Origin: [Limnothrix rosea] IAM M-220
GTDB lineage: Bacteria > Cyanobacteriota > Cyanobacteriia > Cyanobacteriales > MRBY01
DNA length: 32,000 nt
Assembly: GCF_001904615.1 (NCBI RefSeq)
Contig: NZ_MRBY01000001.1
Span: 101,380-133,379, forward strand
Reading direction: 5' to 3'
Below, in pieces: positions 24,695 through 32,000 of this stretch (within the stretch, counting starts at the first letter, position 1; each line of letters starts with the position of its first letter). The position numbers and the translations under genes are program-made. Below the pieces are notes generated by a model. It saw only the letters and a list, made by a program, of their open reading frames with translations, was not told the origin of the DNA and ran no database searches.

Positions 24695-26899
24695 TCAACT
24701 GGTTGAGATGATTAGTTGTGGAGAAGAAGTTTGTGCTGTTTTGATCGTTCCAATTTCAATGCTTGCGTCATAACCCACCTGCCGCAAATCTGCCAAACAA
24801 GCAGTTATTTTTTCAGGAGCGATACTCGCTAGCAATCCCCCAGATGTTTGCGGGTCAAAAAGCAATTCATATTTCGGGTTTTCTCGTAATGACATATCCG
24901 CTTGGATAAATTGTTCGGCGGTGTGATTTTGCGGCGCGAGGGAACTGGTAAAGCCTTGTTTTATTGTTTCAACTGCCCCATGAAGCATCGGCAATTGATC
25001 TAAATATAATTCCGCTGAAAGTCCGGAAGGTTGCAGCATTTCGAGGAGATGTCCTGCTAGCCCAAACCCGGTGATATCGGTACAAGCGGTTGCGCCATAT
25101 TTGCGTAAAATTTCGGCGGCCTTGCGGTTGGATTGCACCATGGCGGCGATCGCCCCATCGAGCCATTTTCCCTTTGCCACTCGTTGCATTTCTGCCGCAA
25201 ACAATGTGCCCGTACCGAGGGGTTTTGTCAGGATTAAAGCTTGTCCTGCCTGTACTTCACCTTTTCGCCAAATGTCATCTTTTTGGATAAATCCATTGCA
25301 AGTTAACCCCAATCCTAATTTGTCAGCTTCGTTCGTATGACCACCGATTAATGCAATATTTTCCGCCCGCAAAACCTTGGTGACTCCCGCTAACATCTGT
25401 TGCAAAAGTCCCTGTTGGACTCTGGCTTCGCCGTGGGGAATACTCGCTAAAACCAAGACACTGTGGGGCATTGCACCCATCGTATAGAGATCGCTGAGGC
25501 AATGCTGGGTCACAATTTGACCGAGGAGATAGGGATCATTAATCAAGCTCGGAAAATAATCGACCGTTTGCACCAGAAGCTGATCCTTTGGCACTTGAAT
25601 GACCGCCGCGTCATCGGGTTGATCTAGCCCTACAACTACACCTTCAGTGTTCGATGTTTCAAGATCTGAAAGGGCGGCTGCCAAAATATTTTTCCCGACC
25701 TTTGCGCCACAGCCTGCACAATACATTTTTGGTGCAGGTTCAGTGGCTGTCGCGGCCACCATGGGTTTCATCTCCGGCAAATCGGCAAACTGATCCATAA
25801 ATTTGCGGTCGATTTTATCTTTCCAATGCCACAGCCAACGACTACGCCAACCTAGTTTCCACCACGAGGCGATCGCCTGTTGATCGCCAGTGCCAATGAG
25901 TGCGAGATAACGTTTTTGAGGGTTGTAATCAATTAAAGCTTCGCCAGTAAAAGTGCGTCGCCAATTTTGAAATAACGGTTTCCCTTGACGTACTGCAAAT
26001 ACTCCTGCTTTTGGTCTGGGATGGTTGCGCATAGATGCAATATCTCCCGTCGCAAAGACGAAAGGATGGGACGGCGATCGCAGCGTTTCATCCACCACGA
26101 CAAAACCCTTTGCATCGGTTTCAATCGCACTTTTTTCCAACCAATGTGCAGGCGATGCTTGCGTGACCCAAATCACCTTTCCCGTTAGCCGTAAGCCCGA
26201 TTGACATTGCAACCCCGATTTAAAAACCTCTGTTACTTCTTCGTTGAGGTGAATCTTAACGCCACGCTGCAACAATAACTTTTCTGTTTTTTGGCTGACC
26301 CAAGGATTTTCATTACCACTAATTAATGCCGAGCCGCGATGCACAAGGTGCAAAGAAAGTAAATTTGGTGATGTTAGTTTTTGGGTTAAAGCATGGTGAA
26401 TATTAAAAGCTAGTTCTGTGCCCCCTGCCCCACCCCCAACGATGATAATGTCCTGTTTTTGGGAAGGATTTTCTGATGCTTCATCGAGAATTTTTTGCCA
26501 CGCCGTCAGAAATTTTGGCACAGGCTTAGCCGGGATCGCATATTGCCTTGCTCCCGGAATATTTGTCACACTGGGAGTACTACCAATATCTAACGATAAA
26601 TAATCAAACCGTACCGGCGGGCGATCGCCACAAAGAATTATTTTATTCTCTAAATTTAAATCAAAAACTTTCTCTCTTAAAAAATCAGCTCCAGCAAAAT
26701 AGGCAAGGCGACGCAGATCGATATGGGTTTCGTCATAGCCATAAAACCCCGCAACATACCCCGGCAGCATCCCCGAATAGGGCGTGTAAGTCACATCACT
26801 AATTAAAGTAAGACGGACATTTCTGAGAGGATTCATTCCCCACATGCGTAGGGCGATCGCGTGACTATGACCACCACCCACCAAAACCAAATCTGTCAT
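24695..26899 (-). CDS. selD: Fusion protein: FAD/NAD(P)-binding pyridine-nucleotide-disulfide-oxidoreductase-like domain plus selenide,water dikinase SelD
   Basis: The N-terminus has LVLVGGGHSH and IIIVGGGAGGTE dinucleotide folds and TGDIAS. From residue ~390 the SelD N-loop reads YCAGCGAKVG (Cys codon TGT at 25709..25711, Lys at 25700..25702), followed by an AIR-synthase-like body (GGHT, TKPLGTG). Confidence 0.9.
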   Translation of the reverse strand: MTDLVLVGGGHSHAIALRMWGMNPLRNVRLTLISDVTYTPYSGMLPGYVAGFYGYDETHIDLRRLAYFAGADFLREKVFDLNLENKIILCGDRPPVRFDYLSLDIGSTPSVTNIPGARQYAIPAKPVPKFLTAWQKILDEASENPSQKQDIIIVGGGAGGTELAFNIHHALTQKLTSPNLLSLHLVHRGSALISGNENPWVSQKTEKLLLQRGVKIHLNEEVTEVFKSGLQCQSGLRLTGKVIWVTQASPAHWLEKSAIETDAKGFVVVDETLRSPSHPFVFATGDIASMRNHPRPKAGVFAVRQGKPLFQNWRRTFTGEALIDYNPQKRYLALIGTGDQQAIASWWKLGWRSRWLWHWKDKIDRKFMDQFADLPEMKPMVAATATEPAPKMYCAGCGAKVGKNILAAALSDLETSNTEGVVVGLDQPDDAAVIQVPKDQLLVQTVDYFPSLINDPYLLGQIVTQHCLSDLYTMGAMPHSVLVLASIPHGEARVQQGLLQQMLAGVTKVLRAENIALIGGHTNEADKLGLGLTCNGFIQKDDIWRKGEVQAGQALILTKPLGTGTLFAAEMQRVAKGKWLDGAIAAMVQSNRKAAEILRKYGATACTDITGFGLAGHLLEMLQPSGLSAELYLDQLPMLHGAVETIKQGFTSSLAPQNHTAEQFIQADMSLRENPKYELLFDPQTSGGLLASIAPEKITACLADLRQVGYDASIEIGTIKTAQTSSPQLIISTS

Positions 26900-27086
26900 A
26901 TATTATCTTGATCTCAACTGTACTTTGATTATTTTAAAGCGATATATAACCCTTGGGATATTTACATTTTTTTTAGAAAGAAAATGGACACAAAGAATAA
27001 TAGAAAATGGCTGTAATCCCCTACTATTCCTGTGCCCAAAAAACTAAATTTATTCGTTTTTCACTAACCTAAAATTATCATTGATA

Positions 27087-27524
27087 TCAAAAAGCATCTT
27101 TAATAGAATCGACCATATCCTCAGATAGATCCTTTAAACTATTCGCAGATTTCTCTAATTTTTCTTGCACCTTAGCAACATCTTGCTTCGCTTTCCCCTT
27201 GGCCTCTTGGGCTAAACCTTCCGCCTTCTCAGAAAGCCCAGAAACCTCGCTGGACACCTCACCAATATCCCGCTTAGCTCTACCGACCACTCGGTCAGCA
27301 GTACCTTCTACACGCTTACTTGCACTGCTATTCGTCACTTTGTCGAGCATATCTGAAGGACTAGGAACTTCCAATAAAAATGTGGCTTGAGACAGTGGTG
27401 CAGCCTGAGCAACTTGGTTGAATTTAAGGGTTACGTTAGGTTCGATAAAGGTTACTGACAATAATAAAAGACTACCCAGTAAAAGTTTTAATCCTGATTT
27501 TAAACTCATTTGTCGCTGATTCAT
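27087..27524 (-). CDS. Secreted CsbD-like/LEA-like stress protein (145 aa)
   Basis: The N-terminal signal sequence is LKLLLGSLLLLSV. The C-terminus has CsbD-like repeats (VEGTADRVVGRAKRDIGE.., AEGLAQEAKGKAKQDV). Confidence 0.65.
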   Translation of the reverse strand: MNQRQMSLKSGLKLLLGSLLLLSVTFIEPNVTLKFNQVAQAAPLSQATFLLEVPSPSDMLDKVTNSSASKRVEGTADRVVGRAKRDIGEVSSEVSGLSEKAEGLAQEAKGKAKQDVAKVQEKLEKSANSLKDLSEDMVDSIKDAF

Positions 27525-27856
27525 TTTGAGAGATTATATATTTTGTACCCTAAGATAATAGAAAATTCGAGCATAAAAAATCATCTATCTAGAGGGTCTC
27601 TTCGACTTTTCTCTAGGTAGATTAACAGACGATGCCAAAGTCAAAATTTATGCCTTCTTGGCATAAGAATCTATGGATTATGGCTTATGTAAAATGGAAT
27701 ATGCCTAAAGATTTTTAGGATTTATCTCAATTGATAGAAGTCCTAGGTATGGTTTGAAGGCTATTGTGTTAATAGTTAAAACAAAGTTGGTGAATGCTTG
27801 TTTGACTTGACTAACTTTGTACTTGAATTTGTAGAATTATAGGAAATAAATTTATT

Positions 27857-28036
27857 ATGGGTAACGAAAATAGAATTGATGCTACTTTGAAAAATATCGA
27901 AGGAAAGGTTCAAGAGGCCGTTGGTGAATTCACGGGTGATCCGAAGGACCAAGCGGAGGGTAAAGTAAAGCAAGCGGAAGCTGAGGCTCAGCATACTGTT
28001 GAGAATGCTAAGGATGAAATTAAGAAAAATCTTTAA
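27857..28036 (+). CDS. CsbD-family general stress protein, 59 aa
   Basis: MGNENRIDATLKNIEGKVQEAVGEFTGDPKDQAEGKVKQAEAEAQHTVENAKDEIKKNL is a textbook CsbD pattern. AGGAA lies 12 nt upstream. The track instead lists a spurious antisense ORF at 27776..27994. Confidence 0.8.
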   Translation: MGNENRIDATLKNIEGKVQEAVGEFTGDPKDQAEGKVKQAEAEAQHTVENAKDEIKKNL

Positions 28037-28122
28037 TGGGATGATTTTTAGGTGATGTTTCTCTGGGGAGAGGATGTCAGTTTTTTATTAGGTAAAGGAG
28101 GTAAGGGGTGATGCTCTTTGCC

Positions 28123-28154
28123 TTTTTTATTTTTTTATTTTTTTATTTTTTTAT
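28123..28154. repeat. Microsatellite (TTTTTTAT)x4
   Basis: Four perfect 8-bp units were read directly. They lie between the convergent 3' ends of the csbD-like gene and mutY. Confidence 0.95.
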
Positions 28155-28176
28155 TTTAAAATTCTCTGGATAGATC

Positions 28177-29253
28177 TTATGGATGGTTTTTCTCTAGGGG
28201 TAAACTTAATTGTTGATGATTAGATAGTTGTTTAATAATTTTTAAATGGGCTTTGGAAAAGGGATATTGATGTAGATTAGTCATTTTTACCCAGCGATCG
28301 CCTTGATGGTGGCTGACAAAATAAATATGGGGTTTTAGTTCAATCTTGAAGTGAGTGTAGGCATGAAAAACGGTTTCTAGGGAATGTTTATATATTGCTT
28401 GGGGAAATAGGTTTTCTGTGAGAGATGCGATATTTCCTTCGGTATTGGGAAATTCCCATAGGCCACCGAGTAGGCCTGTTACGGGACGTTGCTGGATAAA
28501 TACTTCGTTTTGGCCATTAAAGGCGATCGCCGCCACTAGTTTCTTGGTGGGCACTTTCTTTTTGGGAGCCTTGCGGGGAAAATCTGTGGGAGTCCTCAGT
28601 TGAAATGCTTTGCATTGACCTTGCCACGGACAAACGCCACAGCTCGGATTCTTTTGCGTACAGAGGGTCGCCCCCAGATCCATAAACGCTTGATTGAAAT
28701 CTCTGGGATTCTCTGGATCTAAAATTTGATCAGAAACTTCCCACAATTCCCTCAAGGCTTTTGCTGGCGGTTTCTCTAATGCCATAATTCTCGCTAAAAC
28801 CCGCTTAACGTTGCCATCCAAAATTGATAACGGCAAATTCCGGGCAGAACTGAGTATTCCTCCTGCTGTGGTGCGGCCAATTCCCTTGAGCTTGAGGATA
28901 TTCTCTAAATCTTCTGGAAACTCGCCGTTAAATTCTGAGACGACTTGCTTCGCTGCGTGGTGGAGATTTCTTGCCCGTGCGTAGTATCCCAGCCCTTCCC
29001 AAAGCTTAAGTACTGACTGCTGATCTGCTTTTGCTAAAGCTTGCACCGTTGGAAATTTTTTTAGCCAGCGTTCGTAGTAGGGAATGACTGTTTTTACTTG
29101 GGTTTGCTGGAGCATGATCTCCGAAATCCAGACGCGATAAATGTCTGGTTCGTTACGCCATGGTAAACTGCGACCTTCTCGCTGGTACCAGTTTAGGAGC
29201 GATCGCCGCATATTTTGTAAAGCCTGATCGGTAAACACAATGGCGATGGTCAA
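28177..29253 (-). CDS. mutY: A/G-specific adenine DNA glycosylase MutY
   Basis: Contains LLNWYQREGRSLPWR, ISEIMLQQTQV and GIGRTTAGGI (HhH-GPD). The [4Fe-4S] cysteines are CTQKNPSCGVCPWQGQC, and a NUDIX-like C-terminal domain follows. The start is either TTG 29253 or ATG 29211. Confidence 0.9.
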   Translation of the reverse strand: MTIAIVFTDQALQNMRRSLLNWYQREGRSLPWRNEPDIYRVWISEIMLQQTQVKTVIPYYERWLKKFPTVQALAKADQQSVLKLWEGLGYYARARNLHHAAKQVVSEFNGEFPEDLENILKLKGIGRTTAGGILSSARNLPLSILDGNVKRVLARIMALEKPPAKALRELWEVSDQILDPENPRDFNQAFMDLGATLCTQKNPSCGVCPWQGQCKAFQLRTPTDFPRKAPKKKVPTKKLVAAIAFNGQNEVFIQQRPVTGLLGGLWEFPNTEGNIASLTENLFPQAIYKHSLETVFHAYTHFKIELKPHIYFVSHHQGDRWVKMTNLHQYPFSKAHLKIIKQLSNHQQLSLPLEKNHP

Positions 29254-29282
29254 TGTCCTGAAAATACAAAAATCTTTAAACC

Positions 29283-29314
29283 AAAAAAGAGCCCCAGATC
29301 TAACTGAAGCTCTT
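29283..29314 (-). terminator. Intrinsic terminator after tRNA-Glu
   Basis: The minus strand reads GAGCTTCAG-TTAGAT-CTGGGGCTC (9 bp, two G-U pairs) followed by TTTTTT. Confidence 0.6.
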
Positions 29315-29324
29315 CTTTTTTTAG

Positions 29325-29397
29325 TACCCCCAAGGGAATTCGAATCCCTGTCGCCTCCGTGAAAGGGAGGTGTCCTAGGCCACTAGACGATGGGGGC
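29325..29397 (-). tRNA. trnE: tRNA-Glu (anticodon UUC), 73 nt, CCA not encoded
   Basis: The reverse complement is GCCCCCATCGTCTAGTGGCCTAGGACACCTCCCTTTCACGGAGGCGACAGGGATTCGAATTCCCTTGGGGGTA. It folds into a cloverleaf with acceptor GCCCCCA/TGGGGGT, anticodon arm CCTCC-CTTTCAC-GGAGG and T arm AGGGA-TTCGAAT-TCCCT. Confidence 0.95.
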
Positions 29398-29442
29398 TTG
29401 TGGACTGAGTACGAGCATTTCGCTTGCGACTCACAGTTAAAC

Positions 29443-29471
29443 AATCTAACCGATAAAAAATGCAATGTCAA
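29443..29471 (-). promoter_or_regulatory. Sigma70-type promoter for tRNA-Glu: TTGACA, 17 nt, TAGATT
   Basis: On the minus strand, a -35 TTGACA (29471..29466) is followed by a 17-nt spacer and a -10 TAGATT (29448..29443), about 45 nt upstream of the mature tRNA 5' end. Confidence 0.5.
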
Positions 29472-29533
29472 TACTCTAATCTATCTTTTTTTGAAAGAGT
29501 GTTTTGAGTCAGTCGGCGATCGCCCTGCGCCCA

Positions 29534-30493
29534 TTAGGAGTCTTGGGTCGAGGCTTCTGCCCGTACAGCCCGAAACATACCAAAACGACAAAGACCTTCC
29601 CCAAAGGCCAAACGCATTAATAAAATTGTGGGCACTTCTCGGATGGATTTCACAAAACCTGACCAACCGTACTGGAGCCAGCCCCTAGGCCGTTCGATAC
29701 CAACCCAAATCGTTTGGAACCAAGAAGGCAATGTTTCACGCGTCCAATCCGCCGTTTCCACTGCACCCTGCACAAAACCCGTCGCTTCTAACAGTTCTGA
29801 AAACCCTTCAATACTCGAAAACTTAGGATGCGCCCACTGGTCTAAGAGTTGAGTCATAACAGGCTTTTCCCACCAGTTCAAAGGAATACGGCGATCATCC
29901 CGTTGGTTCCAATCCGCAACAACTAATTTGCCACCGGGCTTTAGTACCCGCAATAATTCCTTGGCAAATACCGCCTTATCCGGCATGTGGGGGCCCGCCT
30001 CAATGGACCACACCACATCAAAACTGGCATCGGGAAAAGATAAATTCATCGCATCATCGACTTGAAATTTGGCCGTTACACCCATGGGAGTTAGCTCTGT
30101 AGCGCGTTCCACCTGTTTGGGACTAATGGTGACACCCGTGACATCAAAGTCATAATCCTGCGCCAAAATCCGACTACTGCCGCCTATCCCACAACCGACA
30201 TCCAGCACCGTCGTGCCAGCCGGAAGGGTTGCCAGTCCGCCCCAGCGCACCATTTCATGGACAAAATCAATTTTTGCGGTGAGAAAGTCCATGTCGCGAG
30301 GAGGGTTGCCGTAATAACCAAGGTGAATATGTTCGCCCCAATAAAATTCGAGGATGCCATCTTCTGTCCATTCGTCGTAGGAGTTGGCGACCGTTTCAGA
30401 GGATTGATAGCGGCGTGCTGACAAGAAGTACAGTACTAAACTCACAATTAAACCAAAGCCGACCAAGATCAAGATTAGAGATGCAAAATTCAT
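29534..30493 (-). CDS. SAM-dependent methyltransferase, MPBQ/MSBQ methyltransferase type (plastoquinone/tocopherol biosynthesis)
   Basis: An N-terminal membrane anchor is followed by WTEDGILEFYWGEHIHLGYYG, the SAM motif LDVGCGIGGSS, and EAGPHMPDK. The overall pattern is as I recall for Synechocystis sll0418. The related gamma-tocopherol methyltransferase is not excluded. Confidence 0.72.
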   Translation of the reverse strand: MNFASLILILVGFGLIVSLVLYFLSARRYQSSETVANSYDEWTEDGILEFYWGEHIHLGYYGNPPRDMDFLTAKIDFVHEMVRWGGLATLPAGTTVLDVGCGIGGSSRILAQDYDFDVTGVTISPKQVERATELTPMGVTAKFQVDDAMNLSFPDASFDVVWSIEAGPHMPDKAVFAKELLRVLKPGGKLVVADWNQRDDRRIPLNWWEKPVMTQLLDQWAHPKFSSIEGFSELLEATGFVQGAVETADWTRETLPSWFQTIWVGIERPRGWLQYGWSGFVKSIREVPTILLMRLAFGEGLCRFGMFRAVRAEASTQDS

Positions 30494-30701
30494 AGCAAGA
30501 TTTGTGAAGGGATTTAACGCTTGATGCTCAGGCTATCCTAGCTGATTGGTGTATGAAATTGTGATCTGCCATGCTCCTAAATGTGTCTTTTGAGAGAGCA
30601 TTTTTTCCCCACAACTCCAGATTTTTTCTGCGTTTACAAAGATTAGGATGAACCCATTGGAATAAACAAAAAAATTAAAGTAAAAGATATTAAAGATATT
30701 T

Positions 30702-31808
30702 ATGACAGCAGAGTTTTTATCTAAAACAATTCTTGGTAACACCGTAATGGATTATGCCATGGCGATCGCCTTTCTCCTTGGCGGTGTAATCGTGATTAAC
30801 GGTGTCAAAAGTTTAGTGCTCTGCTCGGTGAGACAGTGGGCAAAAAGATCATTTTTTGAAGTCGATCCGCGGCTACTGAATATTTTTAGTAAAGCTCTAG
30901 TGCGACTACTTTATATCGGTAATATTTCACTGGCGATCGGCAACCTAGCACTACATCCTATCCTAGACGAGACTGTAAGCTCCCTTGTGGTGATAGCAGC
31001 AACAGTTGTTGCCATTCAATTCATTTCGCGTCTCATCGAATACAGTGTACGCTCTTACTTTCTTAAAAAAGGTGATCTTGAATTAGAGCAAAGTTTTAGT
31101 GCTTTAATGCCCATTATCCGTACGATTCTTTGGACAATTGGTGCAGTATTTCTCCTCGACAACCTCGGCTTCGATATCTCTGCCGTCATTGCCAGTTTAG
31201 GTATTGGTGGTATTGCCGTTGCCTTTGCTGCCCAAGGTGTTTTAGGCGATCTATTTAGCTACTTCTCCCTAGTGATTGATCGCCCTTTTATCATTGGTGA
31301 TTTTATTATCGTCGATGATTTTCTCGGCACAGTAGAACACATTGGCATTAAAACAACTCGTCTCAAAAGCATTAGCGGCGAAGAAATTGTCATTGCCAAT
31401 ACTGATTTAACCGATTCAAGAGTGCGTAACTTTCGACAGATGGAACGACGTCGGATTCAGTTTAGTTTGGGTGTTCTCTACGAAACGTCTAAAGAAAAGC
31501 TAGAGGTTATTCCTGCCATTATTCAAGATATTATTGCATCCCAAGAAAATGCTATTTTTGACCGTGCTCACTTTGCTAGCTATGGTGATTTTAGTTTAAA
31601 TTTTGAGATTGTCTATTTTGTGAATGGTGGTGACTTTAGTCTATATATGGATGTGCAACAGAAAATCAATTTGGCAATTTTTGAGGCCTTTGCCAAGCGC
31701 GATATCGAATTTGCCTATCCGACAAATGTTACTTATCTCAAGTCGGATACATCGAAAGAGGAACCGATTCAGGTCGCAACTCAAACAACCAATAATCAAG
31801 ATAGTTAG
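30702..31808 (+). CDS. Mechanosensitive ion channel family protein (MscS-like)
   Basis: Several N-terminal TM helices are followed by the pore helix/beta-domain signature GIGGIAVAFAAQGVLGDLFSYFSLVIDRPFIIGDFI...GTVEHIGIKTTRL. Confidence 0.88.
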   Translation: MTAEFLSKTILGNTVMDYAMAIAFLLGGVIVINGVKSLVLCSVRQWAKRSFFEVDPRLLNIFSKALVRLLYIGNISLAIGNLALHPILDETVSSLVVIAATVVAIQFISRLIEYSVRSYFLKKGDLELEQSFSALMPIIRTILWTIGAVFLLDNLGFDISAVIASLGIGGIAVAFAAQGVLGDLFSYFSLVIDRPFIIGDFIIVDDFLGTVEHIGIKTTRLKSISGEEIVIANTDLTDSRVRNFRQMERRRIQFSLGVLYETSKEKLEVIPAIIQDIIASQENAIFDRAHFASYGDFSLNFEIVYFVNGGDFSLYMDVQQKINLAIFEAFAKRDIEFAYPTNVTYLKSDTSKEEPIQVATQTTNNQDS

Positions 31809-31889
31809 AAGTTTTAAGTTACTCAGGATTTAGCCATCAAAATTCTAATTGCTAATTTCTAATTACTGATTTCTCATTAAAAAAATAAG

Positions 31890-31925
31890 GGCAACCCATG
31901 CTATTTAAAGTCATATTGGGTTGCC
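31890..31925. terminator. Hairpin terminator downstream of the MscS gene, probably bidirectional
   Basis: GGCAACCCA (31890..31898) pairs perfectly with TGGGTTGCC (31917..31925) around an 18-nt loop. TATTTTATT follows on the plus strand and CTTATTTTTTT on the minus strand. Confidence 0.5.
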
Positions 31926-32000
31926 TATTTTATTGATATTTATAAACTCGATTTGCTAGTTTTGTTTTACTCGGATGCTGTTTCTAGGGCTGTCGTTTCA

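Larger units (their letters stand above)
421..30769. repeat. Dispersed HIP1 octamers (GCGATCGC), 54 copies by hand count, first at 421..428 and last at 30762..30769
   Basis: Direct reading of the sequence gives a mean spacing of about 590 bp. A random palindromic 8-mer would be expected less than once in 32 kb. Copies lie in both genes and spacers. Confidence 0.95.

Noticed and set aside
25709-25711. Possible selenocysteine at the SelD active site
   Set aside because: The codon is TGT (Cys), and the ORF is uninterrupted.
27776-27994. 72-aa minus-strand ORF from the track
   Set aside because: It is antisense to a textbook 59-aa CsbD ORF (27857..28036) with a proper ATG and RBS. Its product is a low-complexity Leu/Ser/Asn/Phe-rich sequence.
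31967-32000. Possible 3' end of a minus-strand gene at the window edge (..ETTALETASE-stop)
   Set aside because: Only about 11 codons are visible, which cannot support a call.
1-32000. Search for CRISPR arrays, IS elements/transposases, integrases, toxin-antitoxin pairs and reverse transcriptases
   Set aside because: I saw no regularly spaced 25-40 bp repeats, no terminal inverted repeats flanking an ORF, and no ORF with transposase, integrase or RT motifs. The only mobile-looking trait is the compositional island at 13.7-15.9 kb.

Overview
This is a cyanobacterial chromosomal segment. The octamer GCGATCGC (HIP1) occurs 54 times by my hand count, and the genes include psbO, sqdB, hpf/lrtA, a group-2 sigma factor, argZ/agrE, menB and a plastoquinone/tocopherol methyltransferase. 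Most of the window is ordinary, densely packed housekeeping DNA. It also holds lipB, a GuaB3-like IMPDH relative, rpmB, mutY, tRNA-Glu(UUC), an MscS channel, two class III nucleotidyl cyclases, a flippase plus a giant O-antigen-ligase-like protein, a Uma2 nuclease, a SelD fusion and two CsbD-like genes.

I found no CRISPR array, transposase, integrase or prophage genes, and no clear-cut new multi-gene system. The only accessory-looking locus is 13.7-15.9 kb. It is AT-rich and HIP1-free, and carries an intact C5-cytosine DNA methyltransferase followed by a restriction-endonuclease-like gene. That gene appears to be inactivated twice, by a 1-nt deletion right after the ATG and by an in-frame TAA.

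Other items worth a second look:
- an unannotated 54-aa basic ORF behind a perfect NtcA-type GTA-N8-TAC box, possibly PirA-like, 8 kb from argZ
- an HLR1-like (RpaB-type) direct repeat upstream of the sigma gene
- a receiver-domain protein whose phospho-acceptor Asp is replaced by Glu
- the oxidoreductase-SelD fusion
- a consensus promoter that implies a ~365-nt structured leader for hpf/lrtA
- two small genes missed by the ORF track (59-aa CsbD, 58-aa membrane peptide)
- several short tandem or direct repeats

All calls come from reading motifs by eye. No database search was possible.
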